DNA of 62,545 bases, counting the filler, from Choristocarpus tenellus KU-1152 (Eukaryota > Protista > Phaeophyceae): assembly GCA_964200185.2 (NCBI GenBank). It is 10 parts of 10 records of this genome, joined end to end, with 100 filler letters (N's around TTAATTAATTAA, not from the genome) between each part and the next. Parts side by side here need not be neighbours in the genome. Positions count along the whole stretch, not along the records: positions 36,361 to 47,345 come from CAXNAD020002580.1; positions 47,446 to 51,722 come from CAXNAD020015328.1; positions 51,823 to 56,544 come from CAXNAD020013335.1; 7 more parts are not named here. One strand, given 5' to 3'. The notes beneath the pieces are model-generated. The model was given only the letters and a program-made list of their open reading frames with translations. It was not told the DNA's origin and ran no database searches. This document shows, in pieces, positions 42,001-53,935 of this stretch (its first letter is position 1; every line of letters begins with the position of its first letter). The translations under genes and the position numbers were made by a program.

Positions 42001-43641
42001 CAGTAGTTGAGGCAAATGCCTGAAGCAGACGTAAGCCCAAACTCTCAATCTGTAGATGCCCAGCATGGTGGTTCAAAACGAGGACTACAGCTGGAATGAC
42101 ACCCTGTTGAACACACAGCACCGCCCCAGTCTCCACTTCGCTATGGCTTTCTCTTCTGACATTACAATTGTTGCCACTGCTACCCGTGTCTTTATTGCTG
42201 ATTGGAGGGGTGAGGCACTGGTCAACAGTTGTTCTTGTGGTAATTGTAGTTGGGGTAGTAGCTAGTTCGGTGGGCTTCTTGATTGAGATACTGGTAGTGG
42301 CCACAGCCAACAGACTTTCCAGGGAGTCGATGACCACAAAGATATTCTGACAAGCATCGAGCATGAGGCAAATGATTGTGCGCACGTGCTCTAGACCAAT
42401 TGTTGTCTGCATCCCTCTCACTCCTGCTGTTGTCATCCTTCCACCATTGTTATTGATGGTATCATCTACTGCTTCGTTGCAAGTTTGTAGTTTTGTCTGG
42501 GGCGCGACGAAAAGCCCTACTGATGCACTTTCTCTGCTTGCAGCCAAGCGCTTGAGCCACTGTGGTCTAACAAAGGGCCTCGACTTCATAGCATTGTTAT
42601 TTTCCCTGTCACAATTGCTGCCCATTGTGAGTGCAAGGGTACCAAAGCCTTCGGTGTTGTCACACGCTTTGCCTTCCCACAGTGCACGAAAGTTTACAGC
42701 ATCTATGGATCTCTGACTTGCTAATGATTCTTGGAGTAGTCTAGTGTGCAACTTATCGCGCTGCTCACAGCGAGCCTCGAATCCTGGACAGTGCGACGTA
42801 AAGTAGAACCTTAAAGACAAGGGACCGCCAAGACAACACGAGGCAAGGAATTGCACTGTTACACAGTAAGGAGGAGGGGGGTGTGGACTTCGTTTGGGGA
42901 TACCTGAGGTATAGGGGCAGATATCAGCATAAATGAAGTGGTGCCAATAGCACAAAGCTGGTGGTGATCGCGCTACCGAAATGAGCGAGGAGACAGGGAA
43001 GGTATCGCGCACCTGCTTCCGCAGCATGTCCAATATTGGGTCCAGGGGAGGAGCTTGGACATACAATACTCTGCCGAAACCCATGCCCCATTATGACGGA
43101 GGAGGTCATCTCTCTTCCATGCTACTTGGTTATTGCTCGGACTAAGCGCTATCAAATTCAAGTCCTTTCCCCTGCTGATCGACCCACTGTCCCCATCGAT
43201 CCTGCAATCGTTCAGTTCGGGCAAGATAGAGCAGAATGTTAAGAAGAGGGATGCATTGCACCTCACTTAGTTATCACGGCAGCCTGCAGTCCTGGAAACC
43301 GAGGAACTTCTTACTAAGGTTTACATCCGGTGCCAATGCCTTCAATAGCGAGTCTGGAATCAGCTGGATGTAAGGTAACCAACTTCAAAGAGGAGTCCTC
43401 GACTCACGTGACGAAATGTCTATATAGGGTAATTCTCATGGATGACTCACGGTCGTCGCAATTTGGACTCTCTCCGAAGTACATTTTTGTTCACTCTCCT
43501 TGAACGCGACTTCTTGACTATAACAAGGCTGGCTGGCTCGGGTGAGGGTACTGGTGGTGAACCCACAGGTCTGGGTCTCCGAGGTCGGGATGAAGCCATG
43601 GGACTCCTATCTAATCGGGCTAATGCAGTTCGGCTTTCCAA
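39020..43641 (-). CDS. Armadillo/HEAT-like repeat protein, multi-exon, ends unresolved
   Basis: Long ORF 41237-43084 has ARM-like helices (QGVIPAVVLVLNHHAGHLQIESLGLRLL; RGGVVAALGTLGRYSGNPRVVESCLKVLEHLS). Further splice-bounded open segments lie near 41058-40865, 39815-39470, 39130-39020 and 43641-43450. Confidence 0.6.
39179..39361 (-). mobile_element. MITE family A, internally deleted copy (183 bp)
   Basis: Both TIRs intact, central about 75 bp missing; TSD GGGT/GGGT. Confidence 0.92.
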
Positions 43642-44279
43642 TCAGGCACTTGTTCCGCGAGGAAGCTGCTCTTGCCTCGATTCATCTAAGGTCCAGATAA
43701 GTGTGGGTCTACCAACGTGAGAACGGACAGTTTACTCTGTTGGGTATGGAGGTGGACGATGAGGGTTTGATGGTCGCATCCGTATTTTCAATATTTTTCG
43801 GGTTGTTAGAGCGCCTGCTTCATCTAGTCCAGCACCCACCCGTACCCGCGCCCGCGCTGACCTCTCTTTTTCTATGTAAATTGGTCATGGAAAACACGAC
43901 CAGGTCCGAACAATCAAATGTACCAGGTGTGCCTTTACAAATATTCCAATACACCCCACCTCGTGTTTGCCCTCATATTTCATTGGTCATCAATGTGAAA
44001 TATTTTTGAAAACGTCATATACTTTGGTCGAAACGGTACATGAATTTATTATGAGAAAGAGTGTGAGTGCGTGAGAGAGAGATAGGGATACAGAGAGAGA
44101 GAGAGAGTGGAGAACAAAAAGGCTAAGCCTTGGAATGTCAATATGTATTGGGTTCCAAACTGCAAGGAAGCAATCCCCTAATTATTTTCTCCCCAGTGAC
44201 CACTTCTAGTTTGGTGTTGCTGGAAGGGTGTCTCCATTCTCCTTTCTAAAAGGTGTGTCCAACCAGAGGTCAGTCGAGC

Positions 44280-47200
44280 ATGGGACGTGTTTGGAGGTTT
44301 GGTAAGGGTGCTCCAGGAGACGCCAAGGGAGAAGAAGAAGTCGAAAGCACCATACGATCGCACTCCCTCTCACTCTGTTCTGGCAAAAGCTCTTTTCTGA
44401 AGGATGGAAGCATTGCGGCGGAGACGGTGAGCTGTTGTCGGTGCCTTTTCGCAATTCCAAGGAAGACTCATCACCCCTTGTTATATGGACCATCGTGCTT
44501 TTGTGCCGAAAGGGAGATGTGTGATTATCGCGCAATCTCCAATGCGCCTGAGCACCATTACGTATTTTTGCCACTCTCCTCCCTTATCGGTTTATGAGCT
44601 GTGGCTTCTGACACTCGAATGCCAAGAAACAGAGGCAGTGATTTAAGGTACCAGCACCTGAGGGCTCGAGGAAGATGTCTGGAATTTTTTAATGCTTTAT
44701 TATAGTTGTGCATCTCTGTCGTCCTCTCTGTCATCCATTTCTGGCTTATATCTACAACAGACGAAAGGCCCACATCGTTATCACTTCCCCGTCCCACCTC
44801 AATTCCAAACTAGGGAGGGAATGGCCTGTTGCGCGAATGGGCAAGAGATAGCACGGTCAGTAAAGTGGAAAGTGGGACCCCCCACAGGAATCTCCAAGGA
44901 CGGAAAAGCCTTAGCCCTCGATTTGACAAGGGGACTGTGGTGCAAGAAAAGAGCACAGGAAAGGACTTGAGGGTCAACCAGGCTAAAGGCGGCATACCTC
45001 TAAGCTCTAAAATGCAACACTCACGGGGCCGCTCCTTCCACGCGATTTTTAATGGCGCTCCAAAATCACCAATGCGATCCGTCTCCTCTTCTATAAGTCT
45101 ATCGCCACATCGACAGGGAGGTTTCCGAACGAGGATAGCTTCTAAAAAAGCAGGGGGTGGCTCAGGTAGCTTTCGCATGAGGCCAGGAGGGACCACGATA
45201 AACCAACGCCATGATGGATGGAAGGATGGTGTCAATGCTGCTGACTTTCCTGGAGGTCTTACGTCTCCAAAGAGGCAATTAGTGATGAAGGGCCTCAAAG
45301 AGAGGTGGGAGTGCTTTGTTTTTTCAGGTGGTGGCTACTACCTTTCAAGACCAACTAAACATACAGAAATGAATCACTCTCTAAAATTGAATTTTTCCTG
45401 CAGAACATTTGGAGATGTTTCGTTACTTTATGATATCTCATCGGTGAATGACAGAAGGCATTTATCGATGTCGCGATGGTATTTAGAATGCGCACTAGAT
45501 GCACTGCCTCACTACTGAGTTGGCATTGATTTCCCCACGTGTGCGTTTTTGGAAGCATACCGGCAATTAATTCTTTTTTTTGTTTTTGTGTACTTCCCGA
45601 CTGTACCACCATCATTATAAATGTGAAAGAATGATACTTACACGTATCATTTTTGTACCTTCAACATTTTTCTACTTGTAATGTACCTTTCTGTGGCATA
45701 TGCCATACAAAACAGTGGAAAATCACCCCCCCCACCCCCACCACACACTCTGATGGAAGTCATCACCCTTTCCAACAAATAGGAACCTATACCCCGTATT
45801 GTAAACCATAGCAGTGATAACTCTATTGAGGAGGTTGTTACAGAGCCGGGGGATTGTATTGGGGGTACGAAATATATGATGGGACACACCTGGGGTTGTG
45901 AGTCTGGGAGGTAGCTAGGGAAGTTAAGTCCAAGGAGTGAAACTGCCAGGAACGTACAATACTCAGGATCTGCTCACTGCTGACAAATTGTAAGTGGTAT
46001 GCCTGCAAGGTGTAGAGTAAGGCCATTATGACGGTGTCTCGTGTCCCCATCCTCTCTCGCAACGCGATCAATTATTCTTTCTTTCTTTTTTTTCCTACAT
46101 GGGCTGAACAGACTGACCGACTCGTTGCCTCACCTCCGTTAGGGGGTTATGATTCGATCCAAGCATTATTAGGGTGTGAAGTAAAGCAAGCACTGTTTAT
46201 CGTGTGAAGTACGCCCGCGCTCTTTCTGCCCTATTTGTGAAGAGGCGTTTTTATCACTCTTCGGAGAACTGATCACTGATTTTCTGTTGCTTGCTGCGGT
46301 AGGTGGGAGTTTTGGAATTTAAAGAGCGCACTTGGAGCACAGCGTGCAGTGCCAAAGGCTTTGTTCGCTTTGTGCTTTCCATCAAACCGTTTCTCAGTCC
46401 ACAGCACCACCACCTACCCTCCCCCCGCCTACAACCGGGTGATTGATCCCTGTGATTGCAATGCAAACCTTTTGCCTGTTTACAAAAAAAACATTTTTTT
46501 TTTTTTTTTTGTAATTCTTTTCTTTCCTGCGCTTAAAAAAAATAAATCATTTCGAGACATTCGCGCCTTCCTCCTCCCCATTTGCGTTATAGTGCGCATT
46601 CAATGGCGTTGCGGAACGTTTTTTTTATTTTATCATTTTTTGTTTTTTGTTGGGTGCAAACGGGTTTTGCTAGCGTGATGACGAGCGTTTGAATTATTTT
46701 CTGTTGTTGGTTGGTGTTTTTACTCTTCGTTTTTTTTTTTCACAAATTGTGCGTATGCCGGACGAACTGGCGAGCAAGCGCACGAGTGCCGTAACAATTA
46801 TGAAGTTTCCTACTGGAGAGAGTATGTAAGAGATGAGTAGATATACCGAAGATCAACATTTATAACAAAAAATAAATAAATATATATATATATTTTTTTA
46901 TGCTTCATTTTTTTCCTTTTTTTTTCCTTGGCTTTTCGTACACTAGGGAGGGGGAGTTCACATCGGTCAAGGACATCCAAATATTTTGCGGCACCTGGAA
47001 TGTCAATGCCAAAAAGCCTGACAGGGAAAATCCGGTGAGCTACGGCAGGGTATCAGGGCTATGCAAACCTAGCTTAGGGGTAGGGTAAGGGTTTGCCGAT
47101 ATTCACCTGTGCTTGAGTAGAAATATTTTGTAACATAGGCCGAAAATGATATACTCGCAAAATTTTGTGGTTTCTTTCATATCTGTGCTTAATGTACTCC

Positions 47201-47345
47201 CCTTTTCACCTCTCCCCCCCCAAAAATAAAAATAATAATCTTTCGATAGGATTGGTTATCAGCCTGGCTATGCCCAGAGGTAGTAGAGGAACACCGTAGC
47301 CCTCACGATGGCTCTGTAGTCAGGAATGGCAGCCCTGTGGCGGGG
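44280..47345 (+). CDS. Inositol polyphosphate 5-phosphatase (OCRL/INPP5B type), 5' exons 44280-44426, 44814-45304, 46947-47034, 47250-gap
   Basis: In-phase splicing gives ...KGLKER|EGEFTSVKDIQIFCGTWNVNAKKPDRENP|DWLSAWL. IFxGTWNVN is the N-terminal motif of the 5-phosphatase catalytic domain. The remainder is lost at the spacer. Confidence 0.8.
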
Positions 47346-47445
47346 NNNNNNNNNNNNNNNNNNNNNNNNNNNNNNNNNNNNNNNNNNNNTTAATTAATTA
47401 ANNNNNNNNNNNNNNNNNNNNNNNNNNNNNNNNNNNNNNNNNNNN

Positions 47446-47521
47446 CAAAATTGACTGGGATAAAGGGTCGATATGTTTCTCTCACATAAAACATATCGAC
47501 ACTTTATCCCAGTCAATTTTG
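47446..47521. repeat. Near-perfect palindrome: 33-bp arms, 1 mismatch, 10-nt loop
   Basis: CAAAATTGACTGGGATAAAGGGTCGATATGTTT-CTCTCACATA-AAACATATCGACACTTTATCCCAGTCAATTTTG. Confidence 0.95.
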
Positions 47522-47829
47522 GGTCAAGCCCATCCTCAATTTTTGAAATCGGCTGTTAAATCTGGAAAAGTAGTATTACTTAACAAAACTAGGAATTAAA
47601 CCTCAACTGATCAGAAGACAATAATCATTTATCTCCTCGTGTGATCGTTTTTCTAAGCTTGATGTGGCCACTCAACAAATCATCAGCAAACCCTACATTC
47701 GAATCTCGCTGTTACTGCTAATAATACGAATCTGGTGATCCTGAGCCGCCACGGTTCACACAGATAATCGCGGCCAAGAGGGAGGAAGAAACACACTAAG
47801 ACGGATCAAGACGGATCAAGACGGAGAGG

Positions 47830-50800
47830 ATGAGGTAAGGTTAGATAAGTTGAGGTGTGGACCGAAATGATGTGTCTGGACTTGTGGGGTTCAAGAGGGA
47901 TTCGTTGGTGATTGATTAATTTGAAGAAGAGTTGAAAAAAAAATAGGGTTCTTGTAGAGACCTGTCCAATATGCCAGGTCCAATTGTAGAACCAGGGTTC
48001 TTTCCTGGACTTTATCGGTATGAAAATAGATGGTATGATATCGGATATCCCATCCCAAACGTCAATTTCAAATATGTAAGCAACACTTACCCTTAATCCT
48101 TGCCCTGATCAATGTTTAACGATAGGCCGCGAATGACTCCCCCGCCGACCATATCGGATGAAGCTAGCCCTCAATTAGCCTGCCCCCTTGCTCGACTATT
48201 TGTCCAGCAAGTTGCTCAACGTCCAATACAAGTCGCCCTTATGACCGATTTCGAGGTGAGGTGTATAAGACAAGCTTGGTGCAACAACCAACACAACCTC
48301 TCCCTCCTTTTGTAAACATTGTCCCCACTTTTATGTCCATACACCACCCTTGTCAGAGTGTCACCTTCGAAGATCTCCACGAGCGCTCCCGTTATCTAGC
48401 ATTCTATCTCATGAGGGCTCGACACCGACCCCTTGTGGCACTACTAGTCCCCAGTGGCGAAGTAGGGGAGCTTTGCGCTCTATTTGCTGTCCTTCTAGCA
48501 GGGGGATCTTTTGTTCCGATCGAACCTGGTCTACCGACACCTAGGAAGATCGAGATTCTTAAAGATGCGACCCCCTCAGTGGTGATCACCCTGCCAATAG
48601 ACGAAGAGGATCGGCGCTACAAGCACGAGAGGAGTTGGAGGAGTGCACTCTCTCCAGAAGTGCCCGTGATATCTATTTCGAACAGTGGACATTTTCAGGG
48701 AGGCCACCAAACTCAAGGAAGTGATAACGCCTCTAACTTCATGAGCAATCCTCCATCTAACGCTGATGATTCTGAGCAAAGTGATGGCAAGGAAGGTCGA
48801 TGTGGGACTATTGCTGGTAATTGTCTTCCTGGGGGAAGAACAAGCGATGAAGAAGACAGGGACCTTCTATACCTCATGTACACTTCAGGAACAACGGGAA
48901 AGCCCAAGGGCGTGCGTGGCACACGATCTGGAGCCCTTAATCGCATTCGTTTCGCGTGGAACACCTTTCCTTTCAAGCCCTGTGGCGATATTGTGGCAAG
49001 GTATGATAGTACAGTCCTGAATCTGGGTTGGAATCCCTTCGCGCTCTTTCAGGTCCCTTTGTTGGGGAGAGGGACTCAGAAAGAGAGTCGTCAACCTCTT
49101 GCTCGACCCATTTGAAGTGCTACTTGACCTTGCCCTTGTCATCACTCATCCCAAATCACCCTAGTAATGTTGTGCAATACCTTCCCTGTATCAATGCCTC
49201 CAGGCGAACACCGCTGTCCTTTGTGGACTCCATTGCTGAAGTATTTAGCGCTCTGTTGGCTGGAGTACCCCTTTATCTCCCTCCACAAAGGGCGACTGCG
49301 GACCCCACTGTTCTCATTCCAGCACTTTCTCGATCTGGTGCCACTCGTTTGACTTTGACCCCTTCACTGCTCTCTTCAATGCTAAGACTGACAAGGATAA
49401 CTAAAAAAGAACTGCCGCCTGCGCTCCATGTAAGACTAAGCATTTGCAAAAAGGGGTTGGAGAAAATGAACCCATTTTGACATCAAGGTGCATCTATGTG
49501 TTACCCATGTGTTATTTTTTCTTCTCCCCCCTAACCCTCCCATGTGTGGTGCATATATGGGCCTATTAAACGCAGGTTCAGCATGAACATAGTATAAGTG
49601 TGTGACCTAGTAATACGCCTGACTATGAGAGGAGAGGAGGCTGATTAATTTCACAGTTCCCCATTGGACTGTGTCTCCAAGTGCGTGCCTGCTCCCTTGC
49701 GGTTGCAGTTAGGGTTAGGGTTAGGGTTAGGGTTTTGAATCATTCACACTTGACTCTCAATTGTGAACCGTGGGATATGTCCCTTCAAGAGTCTTGTGTT
49801 TTTCGTGCCGAGGCAGAATGTGATCTTTTCTGATTGTGCTGTTAAAGCCTCTTGCGATATGTCCTTGCCGTTCTCAATCAGATGTGGATGGTGAGTGGAG
49901 AGGCTCTTCATGTGGAGCTGGCCCTCGAATTTTGCCAGCTGGCTGCACCAGGATCTCAGTTGATCAACCTGTACGGGAGCACAGAGGTGATACTCACTAC
50001 TTCGGTTTGCTCAGAGCATTTTTTTCACTTGCCGTCGGCGTTGGAGTTGGTGGCAGTTGGGGTTATGGCTGTGGAGACATTCCTATGAAGTTGTTTGGCT
50101 TTGGCCTTGAGGTACTTACAACTTCAACAAAAGGGAGGCATTCCACAGTAGTCCATTGGTCATAGGATATCATTCCACCCGTATTGGCTCCTGTCTTTTA
50201 CTGAGTGACGTAAGGGTAGGCTGAATACATTGAGATGGCATTAGAAGCATTCTTTTCTGGAGAGACCTGAGTGAGGACTCTCCGTTTTTCTCATCCTGTT
50301 TCTCGTAGTAGAAGAAGACATGCTGGCCTACCCACATCAACCATCTGAGGAGGTTTTTGTCCATTTTTTCAAAGTGCTGCAGAATTGGGAGTTGTGCTCA
50401 TGCGTATGATATCACCAACGTGTGAAGCTCTTCAGTAGACCCTCTTTACTAGTACCCTTGAAATACATCACAGAGTGGCGACAATGTCCATCAAGTTTAA
50501 GTTATGTTTGCAATAAAATGGTGACAGTGGCAGTCCGCATGGTAGTCTACTCTTGATTTCATGACCTGTGCACAACCTCTACCTCCAATTATGAGGCGTT
50601 ACTATGTAGTATATAATTATTAGACCCTTTTCGACTAGAGTACCACCTCAACAGCAAATGAATTTGTGAAAAATGCACTCACTACAGCTGACCCCTCCCC
50701 TTCACTTCTCAAGTCTCTCAACCAGCTTCCATCCTCTGTTCTGTCTACTGTGGAGTTATGTATCCCCCAGCCCTTAATCCTAACTCTGAACCCAACCCTG

Positions 50801-51464
50801 AACCCAACCCTGAACCCAACCCTGAACCTCGCCCTTCACTTACACTTCAAGTACTATTTCTGAGAACCACGGCAGCTGTGGTTTCTACAAGTACAAAACC
50901 AATACAGACGCTCAAATTCCAAAAATGCTCACTCAGGTGGCTGGGGATGCCACATATTGCACCCTTGATGATATATTGGGAAGAGTGCCAATGACCAGCT
51001 CTGTGGGGCATACTCCCATTTTGAGTACTCCCAGTCAGGAGCTAGAGAATGGGGAAAACTTAGGGATGGGGATAGGAGCAAGGTGGAGAAGGGGATCCAT
51101 GATTGGGAGGCCCATCCCAGGTGTTTCTCTGATGGTTGTGTCCAGGAACAGCAATTTGACCCCAGTCCCAGATGGAGAACAAGGAGAGCTTGTAGTGGGC
51201 GGGGTGGGCGTGGCCCTGGGCTATCATTGTCGACCGCAGGAGACATCGGAGAAGTTCCTGTTCAACAACAATGTCTTTTCCCCGTCACCAGATCGCCCCC
51301 ATTGTGATTTACCCAGAGACAACCTCAGTGATCCACATCACATTCTTGAGGATGACTCGGAGTTCAGGTCTGTGCCCAGGGGAGGTCGTCTATTCCGCAC
51401 TGGAGACTTGGTTGTCAGAGAATCAGATGGGTTGATTTATTGGCTGGGGAGATTGGACGAGGAG
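47830..51464 (+). CDS. NRPS-type adenylation domain protein, Ebony-like; exons 47830-47834, 48126-48255, 48357-49000, 49204-49429, 49882-49986, 50937-51464; 3' end in gap
   Basis: All junctions are GT-AG and in phase. Core motifs: A1 SVTFEDL, A2 LLAGGSFVPIEP, A3 LYLMYTSGTTGKPKG, A4 SFVDS, SGE, A5 NLYGSTE, A6 GELVVGGVGVALGY, A7 FRTGDL, A8 GRLDEE. Confidence 0.9.
49708..49734 (+). repeat. Interstitial telomere-like (TTAGGG)4 in an intron
   Basis: Direct reading; a related degenerate (AACCCTGAACCC)n array lies at about 50775-50828. Confidence 0.8.
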
Positions 51465-51925
51465 GTGAGCCTTTGAGGTGGGGAGTAGAGCATGGTCTAG
51501 GGATGTAGGTGGATACATGAGTTTGCAATTGGAGGGAGGTGGTCGGACGAGCTGGGGCAGGCGGGGGCGGACTGGTGTGCTGCTTGTTCAGCACATAAAG
51601 TGTCTTTGGTGCAAGAAATGGGCCTGTATATATTCGTGAAATTTTGTGGTGTTTGTCCCTCTCTGCCCCCTGCTTCCCCCCTCCCCCAGCTCACTTCACC
51701 TCCATATCCTACAGCACTGTTTNNNNNNNNNNNNNNNNNNNNNNNNNNNNNNNNNNNNNNNNNNNNTTAATTAATTAANNNNNNNNNNNNNNNNNNNNNN
51801 NNNNNNNNNNNNNNNNNNNNNNCTCTCCTATCCCCTCCAAGTCGGTCTCCCATGCCTAACGCCTCCTCACCCTCCCATGTGCGTGTGTTCCTTGAAACAT
51901 GCATGCTGACTCTTTGAAACAACAG

Positions 51926-53935
51926 TTACTTCACCACGGAAACCTTTGAGGAGCTCAACTGGGAGGAGAATCGGAAGATGTATGAGGTGGGTGACGTCGT
52001 GGTGTACGATGAACAAAAACACCTGCCTGAGAGATGAGGGAGCCGTAGACTATTTATGCAAGTGTGTTCCTATCCCATGACTTTTCGGCAGATAGTAAAC
52101 AAACTCGTGAGTGGTCTGGAATGTGCTCTTGCTTGTTGTTCTACTCCATCAACAACGAGTTCCTTTCACTACCATCCTTTGTTTGCTTGACTCTTCCACA
52201 GGGTTGGAAAGTGTGCCCAAGATTACTGTACACCCCGTTGTTGTTAAAGGATGCTCTGCTTTAAATGAGACCAATTAAATAAAATTTAAATTCCTACCGA
52301 GTGTTGGAACTTGGATGCAAATATTGTTCCATGTTTTTAATGGTACTGTTTGTATTGAGTATGAGGTATATGCTCTTTTTATGTGTGTATCTGTGTGTAC
52401 GTAACATTTTCCACACACTTTTTTTATTAGGAAACAAAAAAGTGACACATAATCACAGGTTGTTTCTAGATACCAACTCCAGTTGCTCCTTTTTGACTGG
52501 CATCCTCTTCCACAGTCGCCACATCAGTATCACGTCAGTATCCCTCTTGAAGCGGGTGCAGTGGTCACTCTTCAATTACAACTTTTTTATGTGGTACATA
52601 ACCATAAAACATTACGTCGATTCTTTTCTCTTCCCATTTTTGGCGCCATCCAGATTGTGGCTCTTGGACCCCTGAGGGTTACACAGGCAATGGTCATGGC
52701 TGGTCTGTTGAGGGAGGGCACAAGGGTGGGGATGATTACATCTGAGGGGGGATCCATCGGTCTCAGGACAGAAAAGGAGGGAGGTGGAAACTACGGGTAA
52801 GTTGTGTGCCGCACAGAAGCTCTTGTAAGTGATGTGATGTGTTACATGTTATGTTACGTGTTGTGTTATTGGGTCTCTCAAAGCCAACCCTGAGGGATAT
52901 GAGTCTTGATGTCTACTGGAATGTGCTGATGTGTGGAAGTGAGCTGTGCCTGATGTGACACACAGTGCGTTTTTTTTTTTTTATGTGTAAAAGTGACTTT
53001 TGCCTCAAAGGGTGCCAGCCAGCCACCTCAAGGTCGTAGCAATCACTGTCACCTCTGGGGGTGCACATGTCGTGTGGGGATGATATATGTGCAGTTTGCT
53101 TTTTCTGGATGATGCAGGCACCACATGAGCAAGGCGGCCCAGAATATGATGGGGAAGCTGCTGGCTTGGGACCTGAAGCCGAGGGGTGTGCCGTTGGTTC
53201 TCATCCATCCTGGCTTCATGAAGACTTCAATGACAGCTCACTATGCACACCTGTATGAAGAGCTTGGAGCTGTGACGCCTGAGGAGGCAGTGCCGCCCAT
53301 ACTGAAGGTGTAACATGCATCTTGAAGAATTCTGTTTTGGTCCTGATGTTGTATTTGGAGGGCTGCAATCGGGGCACTGCTTCTCTTTTGTGCATTCCTA
53401 TCCTCTTGCATATAATACAAACTACATTGTGGTACTCGATCCTTAAACGGGTAGATGTGCAGGGGTAATCTGCCTTGATGTGAAATTATTGTCCCGGATA
53501 TTTGTTCGCCTTTTTTGAATCCAGGGTTAGGGTTACCCATCCTCCCCTGATTCTTTCCACAGTATACTTGTCAGAGCTGTTTCCAGTCCTGCCATAGGGC
53601 GGTTCTCCTACAGGACCATTGACCCTTGAAGACCCAACTTCCCCCTTTAGAGAGAGAGAGAGAGAGAGAGAAAGATCTACATGCCATAGCCTTTTGTGTG
53701 CAAGGGTTTCTCTCAACCAAGTGACAAAAAAAAAATGCATTTTGATGATACCCAATCCCCTGCGTCTAATTTCTGTCCTAACCCTAACCCCTAAATCCTC
53801 AAGGCGGTACAAGACGTGACCTTGGAGACCACGGGACAATTCATTGCTCCAATGGGTAGTTCTGGCCTGGGCCTGGGGGTGTATGCGCTGTCGGACCCGG
53901 AGAGCTTTGGCCCGTTCAGTGAGCTGCCATGGTGA
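51926..53935 (+). CDS. Short-chain dehydrogenase/reductase of C-factor (CsgA)-like type, 3' exons 51926-51986, 52654-52796, 53118-53307, 53804-53935
   Basis: Spliced: YFTTETFEELNWEENRKMYE|IVALGPLRVTQAM...MITSEGGSIGLRTEKEGGGNYG|HHMSKAAQNMMGKLLAWDLKPRGVPLVLIHPGFMKTSMT...ILK|AVQDVTLETTGQFIAP...SELPW*. SKAAxN, HPGxxxT and terminal LPW are typical of this subfamily. The Rossmann N-terminus is not in this contig. Confidence 0.88.
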
